From positions 167,834,001 through 167,898,000 of the forward strand of contig OZ024742.1 in assembly GCA_964016885.1 (NCBI GenBank): a DNA stretch of 64,000 nt, written 5' to 3'. Positions 1 to 14,300 of this stretch are shown in pieces. This stretch comes from Eledone cirrhosa (taxonomy: Eukaryota). Numbering within the stretch: position 1 is the stretch's first letter; every line of letters starts with the position of its first letter. The position numbers were made by a program, and so were the translations under genes. The notes under the pieces were generated by a model. That model worked only from the letters and a program-made list of their open reading frames with translations. It was not told the DNA's origin and made no database searches.

Positions 1-3000
1 TAATTTGTAAAAAAAAATCAGGGGGAGATAATTTGTAAAAAAAATCAAGGGGAGATAATTTCCAGCCGTCCAAGGGGAGATAATTTCCAGCCGTCCAAGG
101 GGAGGTAATATCTAGCCGTCCAAGGGGAGATAATTTCCAGCCGTCCAAGAGGAGATAATTTCCAGCCGTCCAAGGGAAGATAATTTCAAGCCCTCCAAGG
201 GGCTATAATTTCCAGTGTCCAAGGGGAGATAATTTCCAGCCAGCGAAGGGGAGATAATTTTTTTTTTAAAATCAGGGGGAGATTTGTAAAAAAAATCAGG
301 GGGAGATAATTTGTAAAAAAAATCAAGGGGAGATAATTTCCAGCCGTCGAAGGGGAGATAATTTCCAGCCAGCGAAGGGGAGATAATTTTTTTTTAAAAA
401 TCAGGGGGAGATTTGTAAAAAAAATCAGGGGGAGATAATTTGTAAAAAAAAATCAGGGGGAGATAATTTGTAAAAAAAATCAATTGGAGATAATTTCCAG
501 CCGTCCAAGTAGAGATAATTTAAAAAAAAAATCAGGCGGAGATAATTTGTAAAAAAAAATCAGGGGGAGATAATTTGTAAAAAAAAATCAGGGGTAGATA
601 ATTTGTAAAAAAAAATCAGGGGGATGATAATTTGTAAAAAAATCAGGGGGAGATAATTTGTAAAAAAAATCAAGGGGAGATAATTTCCAGCCGTCCAAGG
701 AGAGATAATTTTAAAAAAAAATCAGGCGGAGATAATTTGTAAAAAAAAATCAGGGGGAGATAATTTGTAAAAAAAAATCAGGGGGAGATAATTTGTAAAA
801 AAAATCAAGGGGAGATAATTTCCAGCCGTCGAAGGGAAGATAATTTCCAGCCCTCCAAGGGGCTATAATTTCCAGCGTCCAAGGGGAGATAATTTCCAGC
901 CAGCGAAGGGGAGATAATTTTTTTTAAAAAATCATTGGGAGATTTGTAAAAAAAATCAGGGGGAGATAATTTGTAAAAAAAATCAAGGGGAGATAATTTC
1001 CAGCCGTCCAAGGGGAGGTAATATCTAGCCGTCCAAGGGGAGATAATTTCCAGCCGTCCAAGGGGAGATAATTTCCAGCCGTCCAAGGGTAGATAATATC
1101 CAGCCGTCCAAGTAGACATTTTCCAGCCGTCCAAGGAGAGGTAATTTCTAGCCGTCCAAGGGGAGATAAATTCCAGCCTCCAAGGGGAGATAATTTCCCG
1201 CCAGCCAAGGGAAGATAATTTTAAAAAAAATCAGGCGGAGATTGTAAAAAAAATCAGGGGGAGATAATTTGTAAAAAAATCAGGGGGAGATAATTTGTAA
1301 AAAAAAAATCAGGGGGAGATAATTTGTAAAAAAAAATCAGGGGGAGATAATTTGTAAAAAAATCAAGGGGAGATAATATGCAGCTGTCCAAGGGGAGATA
1401 ATTTTCAGCCGTCCAAGGGGAGATAATTTCCCGCCAGCCAAGGGAAGATAATATTTAAAAAAATCAGGGGGAGATAATTTGTAAAAAAAAATCAGGGGGA
1501 GATAATTTGTAAAAAAAATCAGGGGGAGATAATTTGTAAAAAAAATCAAGGGGAGATAATTTCCAGCCGTCCAAGGGAAGATAATTTCCAGCCCTCCAAG
1601 GGGCTATAATTTCCAACGTCCAAGGGGAGATAATTTCCAGCCAGCGAAGGGGAGATAATTTTTTTAAAAAATCACTGGGAGATTTGTAAAAAAAATCAGG
1701 GGGAGATAATTTGTAAAAAAAATCAAGGGGAGATAATTTCCAGCCGTCCAAAGAGAGATAATTTCTAGCCGTCCAAGGGGAGATAATTCCCAGCCAAGGG
1801 GAGATAATTTCCAGCCGTCCAAGGGGAGATAATTTTTAAAAAATCAGGTGGAGATAATTTGTAAAAAAAATCAGTGGAAGATAATTTGTAAATACAAAAT
1901 CAAGGGCAGATAATTTCCAGCCGTCCAAGGGGAGATAATTTCCCGCCAGCCAAGGTAGGATAATATTTAAAAAAATCAGGCGGAGATAATTTGTAAAAAA
2001 AATCAGGGGGAGATAATTTGTAAAAAAATCAGGGGGAGATAATTTGTAAAAGAAAAATCAGGGTGAGATAATTTGTAAAAAAAATCAGGGGGAGATAATT
2101 TGTAAAAAAAAATCAGGGGTAGATAATTTGTAAAAAAAAATCAGGGGGAGATAATTTGTAAAAAAAATCAAGAGGAGATAATTTCCAGCCGTCCAAGGAG
2201 AGATAATTTAAAAAAAAAATCAGGCGGAGATAATTTGTAAAAAAATCAAGGGGAGATAATTTCCAGCCGTCCAAGGGAAGATAATTTCCAGCCCTCCAAG
2301 GGGCTATAATTTCCAGTGTCCAAGGGGAGATAATTTCCAGCCAGCGAAGGGGAGATAATTTTTTTAAAAAAATCAGGGGGAGATTTGTAAAAAAAATCAG
2401 AGGGAGATAATTTGTAAAAAAAATCAAAGGGAGATAATTTCCAGCCGTCCAAAGAGAGATAATTTCTAGCCGTCCAAGGGGAGATAATTTCCAGCCAAGG
2501 GGAGATAATTTCCAGCCGTGCAAGGGGAGATAATTTCCAGCCGTCGAAGGGGAGATAATTTCTATCCTTCCAAGGGGAGATAATTTCCAGCTGTCCAAGG
2601 GGAGATAATTTCCCGCCAGCCAAGGGAAGATAATTTTTTAAAAAATCAGGCGGAGATTGTAAAAAAATTCAGGGGGAGATAATTTGTAAAAAAATCAGGG
2701 GCAGATAATTTGTAAAAAAAAAATCAGGGGGAGATAATTTGTAAAAAAAAATCAGGGGGAGATAATTTGTAAAAAAAAATCAGGGGGAGATAATTTGTAA
2801 AAAAGATTAAGGGGAGATAATTTGCAGCCGTCCAAGGGGAGATAATTTTCAGCCGTCCAAGGAGAGGTAATTTCTAGCCGTCCAAGGGGAGATAATTTCC
2901 AGCCGTCCAAGGGGAGATAATTTCCAGTCGTCCAAGGGAAGATAATTTTTTTAAAAAAATCAGGCGGAGATAATTTGTAAAAAAAAATCAGGGGGAGATA

Positions 3001-4430
3001 ATTTGTAAAAATTCAAGGGGAGATAATTTCCAGCCGTCCAAGGGAAGATAATTTCCAGCCCTCCAAGGGGCTATAATTTCCAGCGTCCAAGGGGAGATAA
3101 TTTCCAGCCAGCGAGGGGGAGATAATTTTTTTTAAAAAAATCAGGGGGAGATAATTTGTAAAAAAAATCAGGGGGAGATAATTTGTAAATAAAATCAAGG
3201 GGAGATAATTTCCAGCCGTCCAAAGAGAGATAATTTCTAGCCGTCCAAGGGGAGATAATTTCCAGCCAAGGGGAGATAATTTCCAGCCGTCCAAGGGGAG
3301 ATAATTTTTTAAAAAATCAGGTGGAGATAATTTGTAAAAATAATCAGGGGAAGATAATTTGTAAAAACAAAATCAAGGGCAGATAATTTCCAGCCGTCCA
3401 AGGGGAGATAATTTCCAGCAGTGCAAGGGGAGATAATTTCCAGCCGTCCAAGGGGAGATAATTTCCATCCTTCCAAGGGGAGATAATTTCCAGCCGTCCA
3501 AGGGGAGCTAATTTCCCGCCAGCCAAGGAGAGATAATATTTAAAAAAATCAGGGGGAGATAATTTGTAAAAAAATCAGGGGGAGATAATTTGTAAAAAAA
3601 ATCAGGGGGAGATAATTTGTAAAAAGAAAATCAGGGGTAGATAATTTGTAAAAAAAAATCAGGGGGAGATAATTTGTAAAAAAAAAATCAGGGGGAGATA
3701 ATTTGTAAAAAAATCAAGGGGAGATAATTTGCAGCCGTCCAAGGGGAGATAATTTTCAGCCGTCCAAGGAGAGTTAATTTCTAGCCGTCCAAGGGGAGAT
3801 AATTTCCAGCCGTCCAAGGGGAGATAATTTCCAGCCGTCCAAGGGGAGATAATTTTTAAAAAGAAATCAGGCGGAGATAATTTGTAAACAAAAATCAGGG
3901 GGAGATAATTTGTAAAAAAAAATCAGGGGGAGATAATTTGTAAAAAAAATCAGGGGGAAATAATTTGTAAAAAAAATCAAGCGGAGATAATTTCCAGCCG
4001 TCCAAGGGGAGGTAATATCTAGCCATCCAAGGGGAGATAATTTCCAGCCGTCCAAGGGGAGATAATTTCCAGCCGTCCAAGGGGAGATAATTTCCAGCCG
4101 TCCAAGGAGACATATTTTCCAGCCGTCCAAGGAGAGGTAATATCTAGCCGTACAAGGGGAGATAAATCCCAGCATCCAAGGGGAGATAATTTCCAGCCAG
4201 CCAAGGGGAGATAATTTGTAAAAAAATCAGGGGGAGATAATTTGTAAAAAAAATCAGGGGGAGATAATTTGTAAAAAAAATCAGAGGGAGATAATTTGTA
4301 AAAAAAAATCAGGGGGAGATAATTTGTAAAAAAAATCAAGGGGAGATAATTTCCAGCCGTCCAAGGGGAGATAATTTGCAGCCGTCCAAGGGGAGATAAT
4401 TTCCAGCCGTCCAAGGGGAGATAAGTTGTA
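1..4430 (+). repeat. Long-range duplicated block, left copy (pairs with 48934-53180)
   Basis: Private variants CAATTGG 481/49414, GGGATGATAA 621/49554, TTCCAACGTC 1611/50409, AAGGTAGGAT 1952/50751, AAAGATTAAG 2802/51601, AAGCGGAG 3979/52755 and ATAAGTTGT 4421/53170. Confidence 0.92.
1547..1697 (+). repeat. Representative cassette W1 (GGCTATA cassette)
   Basis: Fixed order: A, GGGAAGATAATTTCCAGCCCTCC, GGGGCTATAATTTCCAGYGTCC (24 bp; this copy reads CCAACGTCC), CCAGCCAGCGAAGG, TnAm monomer, then often a shortened GAGATTTGT B monomer. The GGCTATAATT marker occurs about 55-60 times by eye between 201 and 59204. Confidence 0.9.
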
Positions 4431-4699
4431 AAAAAAAATCAGGCGGAGATAATTTGTAAAAAAAATCAAGGGGAGATAATTTGTAAAAAAAAATCAGGGG
4501 GAGATAATTTGTAAAAAAAATCAAGGGGAGATAATTTCCAGCCGTCCAAGGGAAGATAATTTCCAGCACTCCAACGGGCTATAATTTGCAGTGTCCAAGG
4601 GGAGATAATTTCCAGCCAGCGAAGGGGAGATAATTTTTTTAAAAAAATCAGGGGGAGATATGTAAAAAAAATCTGAGGGAGATAATTTCTAAAAAAAAT

Positions 4700-5070
4700 C
4701 AAAGGGAGATAATTTCCAGCCGTCCAAAGAGAGATAATTTCTAGCCGTCCAAGGGGAGATAATTTCCAGCCAAGGGGAGATAATTTCCAGCCGTCCAAGG
4801 GGAGATAATTATTTAAAAAATCAGGTGGAGATAATTTGTAAAAAAAATCAGGGGGAGATAATTTGTAAAAACAAAATCAAGGGCAGATAATTTCCAGCTG
4901 TCCAAGGGGAGATAATTTCCAGCCGTGCAAGGGGAGATAATTTCCAGCCGTCCAAGGGGAGATAATTTCCATCCTTCCAAGGGGAGATAATTTCCAGCCG
5001 TCCAAGGGGAGATAATTTCCCGCCAGCCAAGGAAAGATAATTTTTTAAAAAATCAGGCGGAGATTGTAAA
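4700..5070 (+). repeat. Representative cassette W3 (21-bp short monomer cassette)
   Basis: CAAAGGG, AAAGAGAGATAATTTCTAG, 21-bp TTTCCAGCCAAGG monomer, CAGGTGGAG, AAAAACAAAATCAAGGGCAG, CTGTCC, CCGTGCAAG, CCATCCTTCC, CCCGCCAGCC, CAGGCGGAGATTGT. Recurs near 16190, 21955, 25445, 30545, 33640, 36283, 40311, 44508 and 46418. Confidence 0.88.
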
Positions 5071-6699
5071 AAAAATCAGGGGGAGATAATTTGTAAAAAA
5101 ATCAGGAGGAGATAATTTGTAAAAAAATCAAGGGGAGATAATTTCCAGCTGTCCAAGGGGAGGTAATATCTAGCCGTCCAAGGGGAGATAATTTTCAGCC
5201 GTCCAAGGGGAGATAATTTCCAGCCGTCCAAGGGTAGATAATATCCAGCCGTCCAAGGAGACATATTTTCCAGCCGTCCAAGGAGAGGTAATTTCTAGCC
5301 GTCCAAGTGGAGATAAATTCCAGCCTCCAAGGGGAGATAATTTCCAGCCAGCCAAGGGGAGATAATTTGTAAAAAAATCAGGGGGAGATAATTTGTAAAA
5401 AAAATCAGGGGGAGATAATTTGTAAAAAAAAATCAGGGGGAGATAATTTGTAAAAAAAATCAGGGGGAGATAATTTGTAAAAAAAATCAAGGGGAGATAA
5501 TTTCCAGCCGTCCAAGGAGAGATAATTTAAAAAAAAAATCAGGCGGAGATAATTTGTAAAAAAAAATCAGGGGGAGATAATTTGTAAAAAAAAATCAGGG
5601 GGAGATAATTTGTAAAAAAAATCAAGGGGAGATAATTTCCAGCCGTCCAAGGGGAGATAATTTTCAGCCGTCCAAGGGGAGATAATTTCCAGCCGTCCAA
5701 GGGGAGATAATTTTAAAAAAAAATCAGGCGGAGATAATTTGTAAAAAAAACCAAGGGTAGATAATTTGCAACCGTCCAAGGGGACATAATTTTCAGTCGT
5801 CCAAGGAGAGGTAATTTCTAGCCGTACAAGGGGAGATAATTTCCAGCCGTCCAAGGGGAGATAATTTCCAGCCGTCCAAGGGGAGATAATTTTTTTTTAA
5901 AAATCAGGCGGAGATAATTTGTAAAAAAAAAATCAGGGGGAGATAATTTGTAAAAAAAAATCAGGGGGAGATAATTTGTAAAAAAAAATCAGGGGGAGAT
6001 AATTTGTAAAAAAAATCAAGGGGAGATAATTTCCAGCCGTCCAAGGGAAGATAATTTCCAGCCCTCCAAGGGGCTATAATTTCCAGCGTCCAAGGGGAGA
6101 TAATTTCCAGCCAGCGAAGGGGAGATAATTGTTTTAAAAAAATCATTGGGAGATTTGTAAAAAAAATCAGGGGGAGATAATTAATAAAAAAAATCAAGGG
6201 GAGATAATTCCCAGCCGTCCAAGGGGAGGTAATATCTAGCCGTCCAAGGGGAGATAATTTCCAGCCGTCCAAGGGGAGATAATTTCCAGCCGTCCAAGGG
6301 TAGATAATATCCAGCCGTCCAAGGAGACATATTTTCCAGCCGTCCAAGGAGAGGTAATTTCTAGCCGTCCAAGGGGAGATAAATTCCAGCCTCCAAGGGG
6401 AGATAATTTCCAGCCAGCCAAGGGGAGATAATTTGTAAAAAAATCAGGGGGAGATAATTTGTAAAATAAATCAGGGGTAGATAATTTGTAAAAAAAAATC
6501 AGGGGGAGATAATTTGTAAAAAAAAATCAGGGGGAGATAATTTGTAAAAAAATCAAGGGGAGATAATTTCCAGCCGTCCAAGGAGAGATAATTTTAAAAA
6601 AAAATCAGGCGGAGATAATTTGTAAAAAAAAATCAGGGGGAGATAATTTGTAAAAAAAAATCAGGGGGAGATAATTTGTAAAAAAAATCAAGGGGAGAT

Positions 6700-8640
6700 A
6701 ATTTCCAGCCGTCCAAGGGGAGATAATTTCCAGCCGTCCAAGGGGAAATAATTTTTTTAAAAAAATCAGGCGGAGATAATTTGTAAAAAAAAATCAGGGT
6801 GAGATAATTTGTAAAAAAAAATCAGGGGGAGATAATTTCCAGCCGTCCAAGGTAAGATAATTTCCAGCCCTCCAAGGGGCTATAATTTCCAGCATCCAAG
6901 GGGAGATAATTTCCAGCCGTCCAAGGGTAGATAATATCCAGCCGTCCAAGTAGACATATTTTCCAGCCGTCCAAGGAGAGGTAATTTCTAGCCGTCCAAG
7001 GGGAGATAAATTCCAGCCTCCAAGGGGAGATAATTTCCAGCCAGCCAAGGGGAGATAATTTGTAAAAAAATCAGGGGGAGATAATTTGTAAAAAAAATCA
7101 GGGGGAGATAATTTGTAAAAAAAAATCAGGGGGAGATAATTTGTAAAAAAAAATCAGGTGGAGATAATTTGTAAAAAAAAATCAGGGGGAGATAATTTCC
7201 AGCCGTCCAAGGGGAGATAATTTTCAGCCGTCCAAGGGTAGATAATATCCAGCCGTCCAAGTAGACATTTTCCAGCCGTCCAAGGAGAGGTAATTTCTAG
7301 CCGTCCAAGGGGAGATAAATTCCAGCCTCCAAGGGAAGATAATTTCCAGCCAGCCAAGGGGAGATAATTTGTAAAAAAATCAGGGGGAGATAATTTGTAA
7401 AAAAAATCAGGGGGAGATAATTTGTAAAAAAAAATCAGGGGGAGATAATTTGTAAAAAAAATCAGGGGGAGATAATTTGTAAAAAAAATCAAGGGGAGAT
7501 AATTTCCAGCCGTCCAAGGGGAGATAATCTTCAGCCGTCCAAGGGGAGATAATTTCCAGCCGTCCAAGGGGAGATAATTTCCATCCTTCCAAGGGGAGAT
7601 AATTTCCAGCCGTCCAAGGGGAGATAATTTTCAGCCGTCCAAGGGGAGATAATTTCCAGCCGTCCAAGGGGAGATAATTTCCAGCCGTCCAAGGGGAAAT
7701 AATTTTTTTTAAAAAATCAGGCGGAGATAATTTGTAAAAAAAATCAGGGGGAGATAATTTGTAAAAAAAAATCAGGGGGAGATAATTTGTAAAAAAAAAT
7801 CAGGGGGAGATAATTTCCAGCCGTCCAAGGTAAGATAATTTCCAGCCCTCCAAGGGGCTATAATTTCCAGCATCCAAGGGGAGATAATTTCCAGCCGTCC
7901 AAGGGTAGATAATATCCAGCCGTCCAAGTAGACATATTTTCCAGCCGTCCAAGCAGAGGTAATTTCTAGCCGTCCAAGGGGAGATAAATTCCAGCCTCCA
8001 AGGGGAGATAATTTCCAGCCAGCCAAGGGGAGATAATTTGTAAAAAAATCAGGGGGAGATAATTTGTAAAAAAAATCAGGGGGAGATAATTTGTAAAAAA
8101 AAATCAGGGGGAGATAATTTGTAAAAAAAAATTAGGGGGAGATAATTTGTAAAAAAAAATCAGGGGGAGATAATTTCCAGCCGTCCAAGGGGAGATAATT
8201 TTCAGCCGTCCAAGGGTAGATAATATCCAGCCGTCCAAGTAGACATTTTCCAGCCGTCCAAGGAGAGGTAATTTCTAGCCGTCCAAGGGGAGATAAATTC
8301 CAGCCTCCAAGGGGAGATAATTTCCAGCCAGCCAAGGGGAGATAATTTGTAAAAAAATCAGGGGGAGATTATTTGTAAAAAAAAATCAGGGGGAGATAAT
8401 TTGTAAAAAAAAATCAGGGGGAGATAATTTGTAAAAAAAAATCAGGGGGAGATAATTTGTAAAAAAAATCAAGGGGAGATAATTTCCAGCCGTCCAAGGG
8501 GAGATAATTTTCAGCCGTCCAAGGGGAGATAATTTCCAGCCGTCCAAGGGGAGATAATTTCCATCCTTCCAAGGGGAGATAATTTCCAGCCGTCCAAGGG
8601 GAGATAATTTTCAGTCGTCCAAGGGGAGATAATTTCCCGC
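6700..8640 (+). repeat. Tandem duplication of about 0.95-1.0 kb (about 6700-7670 and 7680-8640)
   Basis: ORF-track pairs 6794/7772 and 7154/8132 are offset by 978; shared rare variants GGGGAAATAATTTTT, AAGGTAAGAT and CAGCATCC. Confidence 0.75.
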
Positions 8641-11335
8641 CAGCCAAGGGAAGATAATATTTTTAAAAATCAGGCGGAGATAATTTGTAAAAAAAATCAG
8701 GGGGAGATAATTTGTAAAAAAATCAGGGGGAGATAATTTGTAAAAAAAAAATCAGGGGGAGATAATTTGTAAAAAAAATCAGGGGGAGATAATTTGTAAA
8801 AAAAAAATCAGGGGTAGATAATTTGTAAAAAAAAATCAGGGGGAGATAATTTGTAAAAAAAAAATCAGGGGGAGATAATTTGTAAAAAAATCAGGGGGAG
8901 ATAATTTGTAAAAAAAAATCAGGGGGAGATAATTTCCAGCCGTCCAAGGGGAGATAATTTTCAGCCGTCCAAGGGGAGATAATTTCCCGCCAGCCAAGGG
9001 AAGATAATATTTAAAAAAATCAGGCGGAGATAATTTGTAAAAAAAATCAGGGGGAGATAATTTGTAAAAAAATCAGGGGGAGATAATTTGTAAAAAAAAT
9101 CAAGGGGAGATAATTTCCAGCCGTCCAAGGGCAGGTAATATCTAGCCGTCCAAGGGGAGATAATTTCCAGCCGTCCAACAGGAGATAATTTCCAGCCGTC
9201 CAAGGGTAGATAATATCCAGCCGTCCAAGGAGACATATTTTCCAGCCGTCCAAGGAGAGGTAATTTCTAGCCGTCCAAGGGGAGATAAATTCCAGCCTCC
9301 AAGGGGAGATAATTTCCAGCCAGCCAAGGGGAGATAATTTGTAAAAAAAATCAGGGGGAGATAATTTGTAAAAAAAATCAGGGGGAGATAATTTGTAAAA
9401 AAAATCAGGGGGAGATAATTTGTAAAAAAAAATCAGGGGGAGATAATTTGTAAAAAAAATCAGGGGGAGATAATTTGTAAAAAAAATCAAGGGGAGATAA
9501 TTTCCAGCCGTCCAAGGGGAGATAATTTTCAGCCGTCCAAGGGGAGATAATTTCCCGCCAGCCAAGGGAAGATAATATTTAAAAAATGAGGCGGAGATAA
9601 TTTGTAAAAAAAATCAGGGGGAGATAATTTGTAAAAAAATCAGGGGGAGATAATTTGTAAAAAAAAAATCAGGGGGAGATGATTTGTAAAAAAAATCAGG
9701 GGGAGATAATTTGTAAAAAAAAATCAGGGGTAGATAATTTGTAAAAAAAATCAGGGGGAGATAATTTGTAAAAAAAATCAAGGGGAGATAATTTCCAGCC
9801 GTCCAAGGGAAGATAATTTCAAGCCCTCCAAGGGGCTATAATTTCCAGTGTCCAAGGGGAGATAATTTCCAGCCAGCGAAGGGGAGATAATTTTTTTTTA
9901 AAAATCAGGGGGAGATTTGTAAAAAAAATCAGGGGGAGATAATTTGTAAAAAAAATCAAGGGGAGATAATTTCCAGCCGTCGAAGGGAAGATAATTTCCA
10001 GCCCTCCAAGGGGCTATAATTTCCAGCGTCCAAGGGGAGATAATTTCCAGCCAGCGAAGGGGAGATAATTTTTTTAAAAAAATCATTGGGAGATTTGTAA
10101 AAAAATCAGGGAGATAATTTGTAATAAAAATCAAGGGGAGATAATTTCCAGCCGTCCAAGGGGAGATAATTTCCAGCCGTCCAAGGGGAGGTAATATCTA
10201 GCCGTCCAAGGGGAGATAATTTCCAGCCGTCCAAGGGGAGATAATTTCCAGCCGTCCAAGGGTAGATAATATCCAGCCGTCCAAGTAGACATTTTCCAGC
10301 CGTCCAAGGAGAGGTAATTTCTAGCCGTCCAATGGGAGATAAATTCCAGCTTCCAAGGGGAGATAATTTCCAGCCAGCCAAGGGGAGATAATTTGTAAAA
10401 AAATCAGGGGGAGATAATTTGTAAAAAAATCAGGGGGAGATAATTTGTAAAAAAAAATCAGGGGGAGATAATTTGTAAAAAAAAATCAGGGGGAGATAAT
10501 TTGTAAAAAAAAATCAGGGGGAGATAATTTGTAAAAAAAATCAAGGGGAGATAATTTCCAGCCGTCCAAGGGGAGATAATTTTCAGCCGTCCAAGGGGAG
10601 ATAATTTCCAGCCGTCCAAGGGGAGATAATTTCCATCCTTCCAAGGGGAGATAATTTCCAGCCGTCCAAGGGGAGATAATTTCCCGCCAGCCAAGGGAAG
10701 ATAATTTTTAAAAAAATCAGGCGGAGATTGTAAAAAAATCAGGGGGAGATAATTTGTAAAAAAATCAGGGGGAGATAATTTGTAAAAAAAAAATCAGGGG
10801 GAGACAATTTGTAAAAAAAATCAGGGGGAAATAATTTGTAAAAAAAAATCAAGGGGAGATAATTTGTACAAAAAATCAGGGGTATATAATTTGTAAAAAA
10901 AATCAGGGGGAGATAATTTGTAAAAAAAAATCAGGGGGAGATAATTTGTAAAAAAAATCAAGGGGAGATAATTTGCAGCCGTCCAAGGGGAGATAATTTT
11001 CAGCCGTCCAAGGAGAGGTAATTTCTAGCCGTCCAAGGTGAGATAATATCCAGCCGTCCAAGGGGAGATAATTTTTAAAAAAAAACAGGCGAAGATAATT
11101 TGTAAAAAAAAAATCAGGGGGAGATAATTTGTAAAAAAAAATCAGGGGGAGATAATTTGTAAAAAAAAATCAGGGGGAGGTAATTTGTAAAAAAAATCAA
11201 GGGGAGATAATTTCCAGCCGTCCAAGGGAAGATAATTTCCAGCCCTCCAAGGGGCTATAATTTCCAGCGTCCAAGGGGAGATAATTTCCAGCCAGCGAAG
11301 GGGAGATAATTTTTTTTTTTTTAAATCAGGGGAAC
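7727..11335 (+). repeat. 3.6-kb higher-order unit, copy 1
   Basis: ORF pairs 7772/11381, 8132/11741, 8414/12023 and 9047/12656 are offset by 3609, later pairs by 3610-3611; private variants AAGCAGAGG, GGGCAGGTA, CCAACAGG and GTAATAAAA are shared. Confidence 0.95.
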
Positions 11336-14300
11336 ATAATTTGTAAAAAAAATCAGGGGGAGATAATTTGTAAAAAAAAATCAGGGGGAGATAATTTGTA
11401 AAAAAAAATCAGGGGGAGATAATTTCCAGCCGTCCAAGGTAAGATAATTTCCAGCCCTCCAAGGGGCTATAATTTCCAGCATCCAAGGGGAGATAATTTC
11501 CAGCCGTCCAAGGGTAGATAATATCCAGCCGTCCAAGTAGACATATTTTCCAGCCGTCCAAGCAGAGGTAATTTCTAGCCGTCCAAGGGGAGATAAATTC
11601 CAGCCTCCAAGGGGAGATAATTTCCAGCCAGCCAAGGGGAGATAATTTGTAAAAAAATCAGGGGGAGATAATTTGTAAAAAAAATCAGGGGGAGATAATT
11701 TGTAAAAAAAAATCAGGGGGAGATAATTTGTAAAAAAAAATTAGGGGGAGATAATTTGTAAAAAAAAATCAGGGGGAGATAATTTCCAGCCGTCCAAGGG
11801 GAGATAATTTTCAGCCGTCCAAGGGTAGATAATATCCAGCCGTCCAAGTAGACATTTTCCAGCCGTCCAAGGAGAGGTAATTTCTAGCCGTCCAAGGGGA
11901 GATAAATTCCAGCCTCCAAGGGGAGATAATTTCCAGCCAGCCAAGGGGAGATAATTTGTAAAAAAATCAGGGGGAGATTATTTGTAAAAAAAAATCAGGG
12001 GGAGATAATTTGTAAAAAAAAATCAGGGGGAGATAATTTGTAAAAAAAAATCAGGGGGAGATAATTTGTAAAAAAAATCAAGGGGAGATAATTTCCAGCC
12101 GTCCAAGGGGAGATAATTTTCAGCCGTCCAAGGGGAGATAATTTCCAGCCGTCCAAGGGGAGATAATTTCCATCCTTCCAAGGGGAGATAATTTCCAGCC
12201 GTCCAAGGGGAGATAATTTTCAGTCGTCCAAGGGGAGATAATTTCCCGCCAGCCAAGGGAAGATAATATTTTTAAAAATCAGGCGGAGATAATTTGTAAA
12301 AAAAATCAGGGGGAGATAATTTGTAAAAAAATCAGGGGGAGATAATTTGTAAAAAAAAAATCAGGGGGAGATAATTTGTAAAAAAAATCAGGGGGAGATA
12401 ATTTGTAAAAAAAAAATCAGGGGTAGATAATTTGTAAAAAAAAATCAGGGGGAGATAATTTGTAAAAAAAAAATCAGGGGGAGATAATTTGTAAAAAAAT
12501 CAGGGGGAGATAATTTGTAAAAAAAAATCAGGGGGAGATAATTTCCAGCCGTCCAAGGGGAGATAATTTTCAGCCGTCCAAGGGGAGATAATTTCCCGCC
12601 AGCCAAGGGAAGATAATATTTAAAAAAATCAGGCGGAGATAATTTGTAAAAAAAATCAGGGGGAGATAATTTGTAAAAAAATCAGGGGGAGATAATTTGT
12701 AAAAAAAATCAAGGGGAGATAATTTCCAGCCGTCCAAGGGCAGGTAATATCTAGCCGTCCAAGGGGAGATAATTTCCAGCCGTCCAACAGGAGATAATTT
12801 CCAGCCGTCCAAGGGTAGATAATATCCAGCCGTCCAAGGAGACATATTTTCCAGCCGTCCAAGGAGAGGTAATTTCTAGCCGTCCAAGGGGAGATAAATT
12901 CCAGCCTCCAAGGGGAGATAATTTCCAGCCAGCCAAGGGGAGATAATTTGTAAAAAAAATCAGGGGGAGATAATTTGTAAAAAAAATCAGGGGGAGATAA
13001 TTTGTAAAAAAAATCAGGGGGAGATAATTTGTAAAAAAAAATCAGGGGGAGATAATTTGTAAAAAAAATCAGGGGGAGATAATTTGTAAAAAAAATCAAG
13101 GGGAGATAATTTCCAGCCGTCCAAGGGGAGATAATTTTCAGCCGTCCAAGGGGAGATAATTTCCCGCCAGCCAAGGGAAGATAATATTTAAAAAATGAGG
13201 CGGAGATAATTTGTAAAAAAAATCAGGGGGAGATAATTTGTAAAAAAATCAGGGGGAGATAATTTGTAAAAAAAAAATCAGGGGGAGATGATTTGTAAAA
13301 AAAATCAGGGGGAGATAATTTGTAAAAAAAAATCAGGGGTAGATAATTTGTAAAAAAAAATCAGGGGGAGATAATTTGTAAAAAAAATCAAGGGGAGATA
13401 ATTTCCAGCCGTCCAAGGGAAGATAATTTCAAGCCCTCCAAGGGGCTATAATTTCCAGTGTCCAAGGGGAGATAATTTCCAGCCAGCGAAGGGGAGATAA
13501 TTTTTTTTTAAAAATCAGGGGGAGATTTGTAAAAAAAATCAGGGGGAGATAATTTGTAAAAAAAATCAAGGGGAGATAATTTCCAGCCGTCGAAGGGAAG
13601 ATAATTTCCAGCCCTCCAAGGGGCTATAATTTCCAGCGTCCAAGGGGAGATAATTTCCAGCCAGCGAAGGGGAGATAATTTTTTTAAAAAAATCATTGGG
13701 AGATTTGTAAAAAAAATCAGGGAGATAATTTGTAATAAAAATCAAGGGGAGATAATTTCCAGCCGTCCAAGGGGAGATAATTTCCAGCCGTCCAAGGGGA
13801 GGTAATATCTAGCCGTCCAAGGGGAGATAATTTCCAGCCGTCCAAGGGGAGATAATTTCCAGCCGTCCAAGGGTAGATAATATCCAGCCGTCCAAGTAGA
13901 CATTTTCCAGCCGTCCAAGGAGAGGTAATTTCTAGCCGTCCAATGGGAGATAAATTCCAGCTTCCAAGGGGAGATAATTTCCAGCCAGCCAAGGGGAGAT
14001 AATTTGTAAAAAAATCAGGGGGAGATAATTTGTAAAAAAATCAGGGGGAGATAATTTGTAAAAAAAAATCAGGGGGAGATAATTTGTAAAAAAAAATCAG
14101 GGGGAGATAATTTGTAAAAAAAAATCAGGGGGAGATAATTTGTAAAAAAAATCAAGGGGAGATAATTTCCAGCCGTCCAAGGGGAGATAATTTTCAGCCG
14201 TCCAAGGGGAGATAATTTCCAGCCGTCCAAGGGGAGATAATTTCCATCCTTCCAAGGGGAGATAATTTCCAGCCGTCCAAGGGGAGATAATTTCCCGCCA